Of a stretch of DNA of 64,000 bases, positions 13,001-25,093 are shown one piece after another. The translations under genes and the position numbers were made by a program. The notes under the pieces were generated by a model. It had not been told where the DNA came from. It saw only the letters and a program-made list of their open reading frames with translations, and did no database searches. Location of the stretch: the NCBI GenBank assembly GCA_003971905.1, contig RSEE01000020.1, forward strand, positions 434,001 through 498,000. The letters are read 5' to 3'. The DNA is from Moniliella sp. 'wahieum' (lineage: Eukaryota). Positions within the stretch are counted from its first letter, which is position 1. Each line of letters opens with the position of its first letter.

Positions 13001-13925
13001 ATGGCTCTCCAGCACATACTCAATTGGCGACAAGGGTCCTCCCACCCGCGAACCTGGCGAGGGTGCTGGACCACGGTGCCTTCGCCTCGTGTGACGGCCA
13101 TGACGCCGGCGCCGGTGATGGTGACCACCGTCGGCTCGCTCAGGCCGGCCAAAGGGAGATCGGGGCGAGGGGGCTGCCCCAGGACGGGAGGGTGGTGGTG
13201 GTGCTGCGCATGCTGCGGCATGGGCAAAGGAGGTGCGCACCGGCTCGCGCATCGAGCCCAGCTGGCTCGCTTCGACGGAGGCGCCGGCGTGCCGCGCTGG
13301 GACACATCGCTGACGCCACTGGGAGGCGGGCGGTCCAAGTTCCAGATCAGCAGCTTGTGGTTGGAGGTGGACGCGACCCAGTTGGCACGGAACGTGTGTG
13401 GGTTCCACTGGATGTCGGCCACTTCCCACGTGGTGAGGTTGCGCAGGAAACGCGGGTGGTCGTACGGGTTGGCCAGGTCGAGAATAAACAGGCCCTTGCG
13501 CGCGCCCAGCACCACGTCGCGCTGGCGGGACTGATGCTCATGCTGCCACGGGCTCGTTGATCTCGACCGACATTCGGTGCCCCAGCGGTCGCCCTCGGGC
13601 GGCGCACGCCACGGCCGTCCATGGGGGGGGGATGGCGATGGCGATGGCGGGGGTGCTGCGTCTGCTGCTGGCGGTGCTGCTGGTGCGGTGCGCGGCGTGG
13701 CCGGCACGTGCGCTCTCGCCCTACGATCGATGAGCCCGCCCCGGTGCTTACGTCACTGTCCTCGCGAGCACGTGACCGGGGGTCGGCTGGGTCGATATTG
13801 TGAGTCCTCGGGCCAGGGGGCACAGGCAGGCCGACGCGAGGAGAGATGCGTTCTCCAGGGAGCGCGTCCGTCTGGGCCGCTCCGTCGAGAGCAGAAGGCC
13901 TGCGCACACGCCGCAACGGGGACAT
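10071..13925 (-). CDS. WDR59: WD40 + RWD protein, WDR59/Mtc5/Sea3 (GATOR2/SEACAT subunit) homolog
   Basis: SMSISPAS.RDVVLGARKGLFILDLANPY..PRFL...TTWEVADIQWNPH, WVASTSNHKLLIWNL, HRRAITDINWSPFH..VVASCGID, IYGLDWSR, LWRARHLPFGQG, FEGHTDVVK, FQLLTWSRDRTLRMW, RWD-like YCIVTLYGPW, PPRRCGASFGPHGELVIF. The 3' end is uncertain (stop at 10163, or 10071 after a frameshift). Confidence 0.85.
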
Positions 13926-14218
13926 CGCCCACGACGGGCCCAGATGACGCTCAGGACGGCGCCCTCGGCGCGGACGATGGCCTGCGACGGACGATGGCCG
14001 CGACGGACGATGGCCGCGACGACGATGGCTGGCCACGTGGCAGGCGCAGTAGGGTTGCGCTCCGCTCCCGGGCGGCCCGACAGTGGCGCGGTGGGAGGCG
14101 CCGTGGGGTACACTGGCGCCGGAGCGGAGGCGTGCGCGGTGCGTTCGGCGGGCAGGCAGACGGAGCGCATGAGAGCATGACGCCCATCCGCCCCGCCGCC
14201 GCTTCTTCCACCACCACC

Positions 14219-17200
14219 ATGTCCCACCCGCCTGCCCACCAGCGGGCCGTGTCGTACGCGGGCCCGCCGCCGCCGCCCCAGCAGCATCCCCAGCCGCCTC
14301 TCCCGCAGCAGCACCTTGCGCTCCGTCCGTCTGGCCAGCTGCCCCTGGGCCGCGGCGTGTCCGGCCCCGCTGGCCTGCCGGCCGCCGGCCCGCTGCAGGG
14401 CCATGCGCGCACCGCCAGCATGGTCGTTGGCCGTCCCGGCGCTGGTGTCGGTGCCGGTGTCGGTGTCGGTGTCGGTGTCGGTATCGGTGCGCTCCCGCTC
14501 CGCTCCCGGTGCGGCCCCTTCTCCTGGCGCCACCCACCTGGCGCCCAATGCGCCCCGCCCCGGTGTTCCCTCCCCTGCGGGGCGCGGATGAGCATGCCGC
14601 CGCCGGCACGCTCCGCTTCGTATGCCTCGCGCTCTCCTTCTGGCTCTCCCGTCCCGTCGCCGCTCGCCGCTCGCCCAACGGCCTGGCTCCACCCACTGCT
14701 GCCTCCGCCGCGCTGCGCCTGCGTCTGCTCCAGCGCCCGCGCTGGCGCCTGTGCGTACACCCCAAAAGCCCAATGGCGCGCTGTCTGCTCAACCCCGCCT
14801 CTCGCCTCGCCGCCCCGGGCCAGGCCTCTGGGCCAGCGGGCAGTGTCCACCCCGGGCCACATGCGCAACATGACCATGCCTCCCTGCCCCGCAGTCCGCA
14901 GGGTGCGCCTGCCATGGGCCAGCCCAGCGGGCCTCCTGGCCCCGGCGGCCCCGGTCCACGCCTTGTTCCCTAGGCCAGTTGCGTACTGGTCCGGCGCCCC
15001 GGGCGTGCTCCGCTCTCCGTCGGGTCTTAGTCCATCCCCTCGCTCCCCCAGCGGCGCTCCTCTCCGCTCCGCCTCGGCTCTCACCCCAGCCGCCCCTCGC
15101 TCCCCTAGTGGCGCCCCCCTGCGTTCTCCCAACCAACTGGGCCTCGCCCGGCCCGTTGGTCACCTCCGCTCTGCCTCCACCTTGTTCCCGCGCCGGGCGC
15201 TGCCGACGGTCCACGCTCGCCCTCCATGTCAGCCCCGCGGCCATCGCATCTCTCCCCCATGCGCCCGGCAGGACGTCCCGGTCTCCTTCTCTGGCCCTCC
15301 GCCCGGGACCCAGTCCCGGCCACCTCGGGCGTGGCCGCGGCACGACGTCCAGCCCGCAGCACCAGGTGCTGCCCCCGCGCCGTTCCGGCGCCTACCAGTC
15401 TTCCTCACGCTGCAGCGCTCCGGCGCCGACCCCGGCGGCAGTTCCTGCACCGACTCCTTCTCAGCCCCAAGTTCACTGCACCCGCACCTGCACCTGCACC
15501 GCACCCGCACCAGCATCCGCACCCGCGCAGCAAGCTCCGCACCCATTTCAGCTCCGTTTGCTGCTGCTCAGCTCCGGCTCCGGCTCCAGCTCATCTGCCG
15601 CTCCAGCCCCAATCCAAACCAGCGCAATTTCCTCTTCGCTGCCCCCATGTCGGCCCAGCTGAGTACGGCTGCTGTCCCTGCCAGGCGCGACTACGTCGTC
15701 TCCTGCTCCCATCGCTTCGCCTTCGGCAACCCCAGGACCACCTCGCGTCCCCCCCAGTGCCAACAATCGCCGGCGCGGGTACCCACTGCGCACTTGACCT
15801 CACGCAGTGTAGTTTTGGTGCGCCCGATGTGCCCAGTCGCAGTGTCAGCGCTCCTGGCACCGGGGCGGCTTTGGTGTTCAGCAGCCGCCATCGAGCCTCA
15901 GCTCTTCACCCCCGGTATCGCTAGCGAGCCCGCTGAACAGCCCGCTGCGCCCGTGACGGGGGCCAATGCCCACCGCCGTGCTCCCACTCAGTTTGCCACC
16001 CCAGCTGCGGCTGCTGCGTACAACCCTGCTGTAGCGCCCGCTGCCCCCCAGCGGACAATGAGCGTGCAGCATGCCAGCAGCATGTCGATTTCTGGTGGCC
16101 AGGGAATCGCAAAACAGATGGCGGGCATGAACCTGGGTGGCTCGCTTTACGGCACGGATGGTAACGTGCTTCAGACGGTCAATGTGGCGTCGGGGCCTCC
16201 GCCGGTGGATCAAGTGGATCTGTATCCTCCCGATCTGCGTTTGCCACCCGGGGCTACTGCTGGCCCGACACGCGCTATGTCCAGCCCGACCGTCGTATCA
16301 CCGCTGCACTCTGAATGCCATCCCCGCCACGGCGAGCCTGTTGTCCAAGTCAAAGCTACCGCTTGCCGTCGTGTTGTCTCCGTACCGGAGCCAGCCAACA
16401 ATGAACCTGTGCCCGTGTCGGACGACCATGTGATTTCCCGCTGCCGCCGATGCAAAGGCTACATTAACCCCTTTGTTACCTTACGGAAAATGGGCGGCGG
16501 TGGAAGTGCCCCATGTGCAACTTGACCAACGAAGTCCCCGTCCGCTTTGACTGGGACGACGACAACAACCGTGCCAAGAACCGTTGGCTCCGGCCCGAGT
16601 TGACTCACGCTGTCGTTGACTTTATCGCCCCCCGGTCCTACACGGTTCGCCCGCCCCCGCCACTCTACTATATCTTCTGCATTGACGTTGGCGGCAACGC
16701 CGTGCGCAATGGCTCGGTCGCTACGGCTGCCAAGGCCATTCGCGAGTCGCTCGATAAGCTTCCGGACCACAATGGCCGAACGTGTATTTCCATCATCGCT
16801 GTCGACCAAGCGCTTGGCTTCTTCCACATCCGCGTACGTTTCTTGTCCCCCTTCCTCCCATATTTTCTTACTCTTCCTCTGACTGACTTTTTGCGGGTAT
16901 GGGAAACAGGAGGACAGTGAGGAGTTCGAGATGCTCGTTGTGGGTGACGTGGACGATCCGTTCCTCCCCAAGCCGAGCGGTCTGATTTGGAACCTGGGCA
17001 AGTGCCGGAAAGCGATCGAATCGCTTTTGGACAACTTTGGCACCATGTTTGAGTCCAATGCACTATGGTCCCACGGTAACGCGATGGGCGCAGCATTGCA
17101 AATCGCCTATCGCATGATTATGACGCGCGGGGGCAAGATTGCTTGCTTTACTTCCTCTCCCTAGCTTGGGCCCGGGCGCGCTTACGGACCGGGAAGACCT

Positions 17201-18879
17201 CAAGGCGCTGGGGACCAGCAAAGAATCGACCTACCTCGGTGCCGCTTCGCGTGGTAAGTCTTTCCCCGTCGACTGTTCCCGCGCTCAAGTCTCGGTCGAC
17301 ATGTGGCTCTTTAGCTCGTCGTACCAAGACGTGGCATCGTTGAGTTGCCTGCCGCACTATACCGGTGGTCAAACGTTCTTTTACCGTCGTTTGACGCGGC
17401 CAAGGAAGAAGATCAGGTCAAGTTTCGACGGAGCTGAACGTGTGTTGGCTCAGCCTTTGGCGCTGGAAGCGGTGCTACGGCTTCGTGCGTCGAACGGGAT
17501 CCGGCCCGCTCGGTTCCACGGGAACTTTTCGTTCGTTCCACCGACTTGTTGGCCTTGCCCACCGTCGCTCGACCAAAATTACGTGATTGAGTGCGAGATT
17601 GATGAGCCATGGTGAGCAAATTTGTCCTGTTCCAATCGGTGGTGCTCATGTCGACCGCCGAGGGCGCGGCGGATTCGGGTGACCAACATGGCTGTGCTAC
17701 CACAGCTTCGTTGTCGGAAGTGTACGCATCGGCAGACCAGGTGGCTTTGGCAACGGTGTGGGCGAACAAGGCGGTGGAAAAGTCCATCTATGGCAAGTTG
17801 GAGGAAGGTCGGGACTTGGTGTTTTCGCGTCTGGTGGAACTGTTGACATCGTTCAAACAGTCCATGACGACAGCAGGCAGTGGCGCGATTACGCACTTGC
17901 AAATCGCCGCCAACTTGCAACTGTTGCCCTTGCTCTGCTTGGGCTTGCTCAAAATGTCGGACTGAAACAGTCGTCGCAAATTGACGCCGATTGCCGTGCG
18001 TACGCACACACGTTGTTACCAACCTTGCCGCCCAACTGCTCGTGCCTTTCCTGTTGCCCAACCTGTACCCTTGCACGATATGCCCCCGGAGGGGGGACCT
18101 GGGTCGAGCTTGTCCCCTGAGCCGGTCAGAGGGCGGGCTGGAGGTGCTGCAGGAAGAAGAGGAAGGAGACCAAGACACTCTTGCTCCTCTTAACCCCGGC
18201 AAGAACGACGGCCCAAGGACCGAGAGAGAATGGTTGTGACGTCGGTGGACGACGATCAGGCGGGCCAGCTGACCACGCAGAAACAGTTCATTATGCCCCC
18301 GCGGCTCAACCGAGCAAAGACACATGGAGGCGTTTGGGCTGTACATTATCGAGAATGGCCAGACGATTTACTCTGGCTCGGCCGGAGCGCTGTGCCACAG
18401 TTGATCGTGGACGTGGGGGGTGGCGAGCATGGAAGAAGTGCGGTCGGGCCCGGGCGAGTTGCCTGACTTGCCTACAGCCCTATGAACCAACGCGTTCGCG
18501 CTGTCATCCAGCCCTCCGCGAGCGCTACCGCAGCGCCCACTTCCAAGCCCTTGTCACTGTCAAAGAAGCCGAATCAGGCGACCCTTTCGCCCCCGGCTTA
18601 TCCGTCAACCCGTACACCAACCGCTTCCCCCCCGGAGCTGCGGCCTTGACAGCCGGCACGGTTACAGCTACCGGTACACCAGCTTCTACCGCCCTCGCTG
18701 GTGCCGGCCTGCGCAAACACGCCGTCGCTTCCGGACCCTCGCCGGCAGTGTACAAGGCACGTGCTAAACAGTTGCTCGTCGAGGACCGCGAACCGTTGTC
18801 GGCGGTAGGTATCTTGGAAGGCGGCATGTCCTATGCTCAGTTCCTCACCAAACTTCGCGCGCGCGTCAATCGGTCTTAG
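14219..18879 (+). CDS. SEC24: COPII coat subunit Sec24 with long Pro/Ala-rich N-terminus
   Basis: [28 protein letters not shown], zinc finger [12 protein letters not shown]...[98 protein letters not shown]...SYAQFL. Intron 16834-16909. Confidence 0.93.
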
Positions 18880-19409
18880 GTCCTAGGTCTTAGGTCCTAC
18901 CCTGCGGCCAGAGCCTCCAGGTTCCGTCCCCTCGCCCTCGCTTTCGTCCTCCCCCACCCCTCCTTGCTTACTTACTCTGCGTATCTCCTTTCAAAATTCT
19001 CTCTCTCTCTCTTAACCTGAGTGCTTTGGCCCGTAGTCCGAGTGCTTGGTCCGAGCGCTCCGCCTTGACTCGGCTCGCGCTGCTCTTCGCCCTGGCTCGC
19101 GGGGCGGGCCGGGCACGGACTTAGTAGTCGTGTACGCACGGGCGGGAGACAAGTTTTGTATAAGTGGTGCGGTTCATGTCGGTGAGCGTGAGGCCGGCCA
19201 GGCAGACAGGCAGACAAGGTGTGGAAAAGTAGGTGTATGTGCAGGTGTATAGGTGCACAAACCGAGGTCAGATGCAAGGGCACACGAGTGGATGCGCCTT
19301 GTCCCCTAACCAGGATCCAGCAGGATCCAGTTTAGCTGCGGTGGGGGCGCGTGGACGGGCAGCGATGCACACGTGATATGAGACACTTGGTGGCCAGGGA
19401 CCAGGGACA

Positions 19410-19437
19410 GGGACAAGGGACAAGGGACAAGGGACAA
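19410..19437. repeat. Heptamer tandem repeat (GGGACAA)x4
   Basis: Read directly from the sequence. Confidence 0.9.
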
Positions 19438-19878
19438 GGGACCAGAAACCTACCCAGCAGGGCAGAGTCCAAGACGACTACCATACCGAACGAATCTGGC
19501 ACTCGGTCAGTTGAGTGCTGAGTCCAGGCTGAGCTTCAGTACGCAGTCCAGGCTGAGCCTAAGGCCTCAGGCCCCTCAGGCAAGACGACGCTATGATAGG
19601 GAGGTATCGGCGCCAGGCCAACTCGTGGTATACCATCCTTGCAAAACGAGGGGGAGAGAAGCGAGAACAGCAAGTGCGACAAGGAGACCAGTATAACGGC
19701 AAACAAGGCAACCAATAAGGAAAACAAACAAAACCCACGCACCCCAATTCCAGAACTCCAGAACTCCAACACTCCAGAACAGGGGGGGGGGGTAGAAGGG
19801 GGGGGGGGGAATACTAAGGTGCGAGTGCGAGCCACACTCCAACCCAGTCCGATTCAAGCGAGCCACGGTCCAATTCCA

Positions 19879-19906
19879 CGTTCAACGTTCAACATTCAAC
19901 GTTCAA
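19879..19906. repeat. Heptamer tandem repeat (CGTTCAA)x4, one variant unit
   Basis: cgttcaa cgttcaa cattcaa cgttcaa. Confidence 0.9.
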
Positions 19907-20001
19907 CCAATCTTCAACAAAGGCAAACGGCAAGAGGCCATACGATCCGGCCACCATTCAACGCGTGGTTGGCTTGGCTTGGCGTTAATCCAACACGCTT
20001 C

Positions 20002-23000
20002 CTAGTGGACTAAACGTCCCGCGCGGCAGCGGACTGACACTACCGTCCATCGCGTGTGGCGGGAAAGAAGGCGAGAGGGACCAGGCCGACGCGGCCAATC
20101 CAACCGGACGACGAGACGCGACTCCACCACCATAGCGCCCATCCCGCTGAGAAAGATCCGCTGAGAAAGTCCGCTGAGAAAGGTCGCGCTGGGACCAATC
20201 GCGCGCTGAGACCGGTCGCGCTGGGAAACAGGTCCAGTAGCGGGCGAGCGTGGTAGACGTGGCGATCGGACAGACGACCCGGGCGAGCGTACATGTGGCA
20301 CCCACTTTCCCGTCCCGTGCCTCCCGTCCCGTTCGAATGGCCCGAACGGAGCGAAGAAGGCGCAGGAGCAAATGGCATCGAGGATAGAATGGTCGAGCGC
20401 GCACTACGTTCGTGGTCGCGTTCACGGTCTCCCTGTGCCTGTGCCTTGGAAAGGGAGGGCGAGTACGGCGTGCCTAGCGAGGAGTACGTAGGTGATCGTG
20501 CCCCGTCCCCCGGTGGGCGGGTAGCGCCCGCCTGGCCCTGGTTCCGAGGGTGTGTCCGAGGTCCATCCGATAGCGCGATAGGCGGCGACAGGGAGCGAGC
20601 TAGCGCCAGAGCCGCTGGTGCCGTAGTGGTAGTAGCAGTAGCAGTGGCCGAAGCGGACGGCGTCGAAGGTAAGGTGAGGCGGTAGAGCGGTAGAGGCGGT
20701 AGATGCGTCGCCGCTACCGCCGCCTAAAGAACGGAAAAAGTTACGCATACTTCCTCCGTGTGCCTCTTCTTATTGGCGGATGCCGAGACGGTCGCTTGCC
20801 CTGGCACGGCGAGCGTCGCCGCGCGCGGACTACGGACGTTCGAGCGCGCTCGGTTGGATAGCCCTAGCGGAGGCGACAGGATACCGCTCGGTACGGGGGT
20901 GGCGGTGCCTGAGGAAAGGGAAGCCCCGGTCCCTGTGCCGGTCCCTGTGCCGGCCCGTGCCGTACCGGTACCGCCAGCCATGGCAGCAGGTGAATCGGTC
21001 CAGTGGCCCAAGCCGCCAGGGCTGAGGGGTGTGCTGCTCGACCCCTTGGCCAGGGTCGGAGTCGAGGTATCGATGCGCAAGTCGGATTGGTCGGGAAGTG
21101 GTACTGAGCGAGCGGACGTGGCGGAAGGGGGCCAATAACCGGTGCTTGGGCCTTTTCTCCTTCTCGCCAGTGGGAACGACGGACGCGACCGAGGCCGAAG
21201 CCGAGGCGGAAGGTAAGGCAGGTGGTTGAGCTAACGGCGAAGCGGAAGGAGGAATACCTTGATCAAATGGGTCCAAGAAGGACGCTAGCAGCGGAGACGG
21301 GGGGGCATTTCTTTATCCCCCATTGGGCTCGGCGAGCTCCTCATTCCAGCTTTGGAATAGGAGGGGAAAGAAGGTTGGGACCGAACTTTCGGCTCGTCCA
21401 ACAGAGGCGCCGCATTCATGTAGGGGGAAGAGTGGGCGAGCTGACACTTTTGCCCGAACGTGGCTGCCGTCGCTCCGACTCACGACCGTACGTGGAGGCA
21501 GACACCCCGCGCGACGACGACCGTCGTTCTCGTTCGGACCCAGACCCCGATAGGGGAGAAGGCACGTCCCTGCCTTTCAACGCTCCGTTGGCCACACCCA
21601 GACCGGAAGGTGTCTCGTCCCCACGCGCCCTGCGCTCCCTCGATCCATCCTCCCTAGTCCTGGACCGGTGGCGTGCACGTGGGGCAACATCCTGAGTCGT
21701 GCGCCCCGCTTGCGTGAGGAAAGCGTCGGATCCCCATCAATCGAAGCCCGACGCTGAGCAGCTTGACGACCAGCATGGGTACCCCAACTCACTGGATTGG
21801 GCTCCAACTCAGCGTCCGAGTGCGGGTGTGCTTTGCCCCGCATAGAACCGGCAAGGATGCTCGTCTGGCTCGCCTTGTGTGCCAGATGCGGTGTGGGTTC
21901 TTCACCCCGCATCGGGAGACGCAGATTGCCGCTCCGCGGCGAGCGCGGTGAGCGCGGCGGGGGCGAGCCGGGCCGGCGCGACGGAAGGTGTGTGCTGTCA
22001 ACTGGTCCGCCCAAATAATCGAAGGACGTTGCCCACCCGACCGGCGGGGGCTAGGCTCGCCCCCATCTTGGGTTCTGCGTGACTTGGGCTGGGCCCAGTC
22101 CCCGTCCAGAAAGTTGCTGTGCTTGACGCACCACCGCTTCCTCCCACGACTGAAGTTCCCCTCGCTGCAACGCCACGCTTCCTCGTCTTCGTCAGCATCA
22201 AAATAGAGAGTACGGGTGGTGCGCATCGGGCTGCGCGTCCAGCCACCACGGTCCCTCGTGGGCCCAGAGGAGATCCCAGAAGTGTTCTGCGCCCCTTTCC
22301 GCATCGGGGCTGGGGGAATGGCATTCGTGCCAGAAAGGGGGATCGTTCTCGACGTGGGCGTAAGGTCTTCCTCGTGGTAAAGATCGCGCTGCCTGCCCTT
22401 TCCCTTTTCTCGTACCGGTTCCTCGTCCGGGGGAGAGGGAAAGTAGGTTCGGAGCTCCGCAGGAACGGTACCAGAAGCCAACAATTTCTTCACCTGTACC
22501 TCCGCCGACTCAAGTTCTGGCCTTTCGTACGTCTTGGAAAGAGCCGGTGCTCGAGAAACAGAGGTCGTTCGAGATCGCACATACTCGGTCCGATCTAAAT
22601 CCAAAGAAAAGCTCCGCTCCCCTTTGGGTGGGAAGCGGGCCAAGACGGCTCGGTCCCCGCTGCCCTGCCTTTCACGCCGGGGCAGAGAACGCTGTGATGC
22701 ATCTCGGTCCGCGCGGTAGGAGACCTGGCTCCGTGGGACATCGGTCGAGTGACGAGTTGGGCGCAGGGCCACCTGTGGCCGCAACAGCCGGCTTGTGGGT
22801 GCCTCAGGGACCGCGCCGGGGGCGGTTCTACCTGCTGCGACGGCGTGGGCATCTCAGGCGTAGTGTTGGTCTTGGGAGGCGAGGGAGGTCCTAGTCCCAA
22901 TGCCGATTCGTACGACGAGGAACGGGAAGAAGCAGCGATGCTATCCCGTCTCGCACTTGGAAAGGCCTTCTTGGGTGGGATTGCGATCGCAGTGGCCGCA

Positions 23001-25093
23001 AGCACATCCGCTGCCAACACACGATGCCGAGGAGGGACGTGGATTGTTTGTTGACACTGGACGTGACACTCGAGGGGGGCTCCGATACCTCCATCACGAC
23101 CGACGGACGGGAAGAAAGGACAAACCTACCGTTTGCATCAGATACTTCGTCCTTGGGCTCCTCCGATGAGGCCTCGTGACGGTAGGCATCCTCGTCGCTG
23201 TGAGCGTCCTCGTCATGGTAGGCGTCCTCGTCGTTGTGAACATCCTCGACAGGGTGAACATCATCAGTATCCGAAAGCCGATCTTCCCACTCGGCTTTCC
23301 AACGTGGTGCCAACGCATCTGAGAGAGGCGGAGGGGAGGGGGTTTCTCATCTGGCTCACTGCTCACCACGCTTTCGTCTTCGATGCCGATTCCAGAGCCG
23401 GAGCAGGGGCAGGGTGCAAGAAAGGAGAGCGGTCGGGCGATAAGGAAAAATCAAACACGCTGGCCATATCGGGGGCATCAGTCGCATCTTCCGATACCCC
23501 ATCCATCCTCTTCTACAGGTAGTGGGGACAAGACAGGATCGGCATCGGCGCGTTGCAAGAACCGAGCAAGAGGAAGATGTGCCTGTCCACCCCCATGATC
23601 AGCAAGAGCTGTGGACGGCAAGGCAAACGTATCGGACGGCAGACCAAGTGCCTCCGTGTTGCCCCGGTAGAAATGGACCGGCGAGCTTCGGCTTTCGCTT
23701 TGGCTTGTTTGGCCGCGGCCGCGCTGGCAAGCAATCTTGAAGAGCGACTGGTGGCACGCGGGCCGAACTGCAACTTTGGCTCGTGCAAAGGTGGAGAATT
23801 CGGGTCTGGGCGGGGAGGAGGGGAGACAGCGTCAGGCAAAGGGACGGGGGCACTTGCACCACGCGGCGGGATGGGAGGTGGACGTTGCTAGGAACTGCTG
23901 GCCCTTAAGATAGATGCGTAGAGAAGGCAGAAGGTGTAAGTATGAGAACTCGCGTGCTTGGACATCTGGAGGGAATGGAAGCGTACCTTGGGGGGAGGAG
24001 GGAAGGGGAGGGGAATGATGACGCGCCCGGCTGGGTACATCGATAGGTGGATTGTCATTGCCGGGGTCGGGATCACCAGCGATGACGGCAGCTTTTTTCT
24101 TTTTTTTGCGTAATTTGAGGGACTGGCTCCGTCGGTTTCGTCGGCGCTGGTGGGGCGTGGGACGGCAGTGGAGCGAACCGACTTGGATTTTTTCTTGACT
24201 TCTTCTTTTCACTTGGAGTCGAGGCCCCCTCATGGTCGTCGGAACCGGAAAGAGGGCGCTCCTTGTGTTGTTTTTTTCTTCTTTCTCGGCTTGGATCGAG
24301 TTGGGTTCCGTCGGCGACAATGGGCGCAGCAGGCGTGTCGGGCAGGGTAGGGTCCAATGGCTGACGGAAGTAGATGCAACGTGCTGGGGGGCGGGGTCCA
24401 TCAAAGCAGGTGGGGCAGGGTGGATTTGAAGACGGTAGATTGGAGCTGAGGACTCGATCTCCAGACGGGCGCCTCCGAGGGGGATGGGGGCGACAGAAGA
24501 CGGAGGCTGGCGGATGGGAGCGGAAGGGGACAGAGGGCGGGGCAGAGCCGGGGGGGATCGGGATCCGAGTCGTCAAAGTCAAATAGAACGCCTGACGGCG
24601 TTGCAGCGCCTGCGCCAATGGCGGCGCGATGGGTGCGCAGCTGGCCCTGCAGCGCAGACGGGTCGCGCGGGTCAGGCTGCAAGGCAGGCGAGGGCACCCG
24701 CGGGGGGGAAGGACTAGGGTTGCGGCGTGGCCTCGAGCGGGGGCGCAGGCGTGAATGCGGGGCGGGGTCGAGGTGTGGTCCATTTCAAAGCCGGTGGCGG
24801 GCGCGGGGCGGCGGCGGCGTGGGGTGTGGGTGCCCGAGGTGAGGAGGACGGTGGTGGGGACGCATACGGGACGGCGGGGGGGGGGCATAGGCCGAGAGCG
24901 GGGCTGAAGCCAGGAGGAGGGGGGCTCGCGCGAGGGGGGCGACGGTGGTCGAGGTGGGGGCGGGGGTGGAGTGGGGGACGCGGGAGGGGAGGATGGGGGT
25001 CGGGCGGGTCGGGGGGGGGGGAAAGGGAATGCCGCGGCGGGAGGTGGAGGCGGCGGGGCCGCTGCGGGTGCGGGTGCGCGAGGGAATGGACAT
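20002..25093 (-). CDS. Large low-complexity (Ser/Pro/Arg-rich) hypothetical protein, frameshifted
   Basis: GCCGCCATG start (MSIPSRTRTRSG) followed by a chain of abutting minus-strand ORFs of similar disordered composition down to ~20.0-20.4 kb. No recognisable domain; the 3' end is uncertain. Confidence 0.5.

Noticed and set aside
13347..15132. Long overlapping antisense ORFs (522 aa, 393 aa, 341 aa)
   Set aside because: They are mostly shadow ORFs of very GC-rich, stop-poor sequence opposite SEC24. Only the 3' part of the 522-aa ORF likely belongs to the WDR59 N-terminus.
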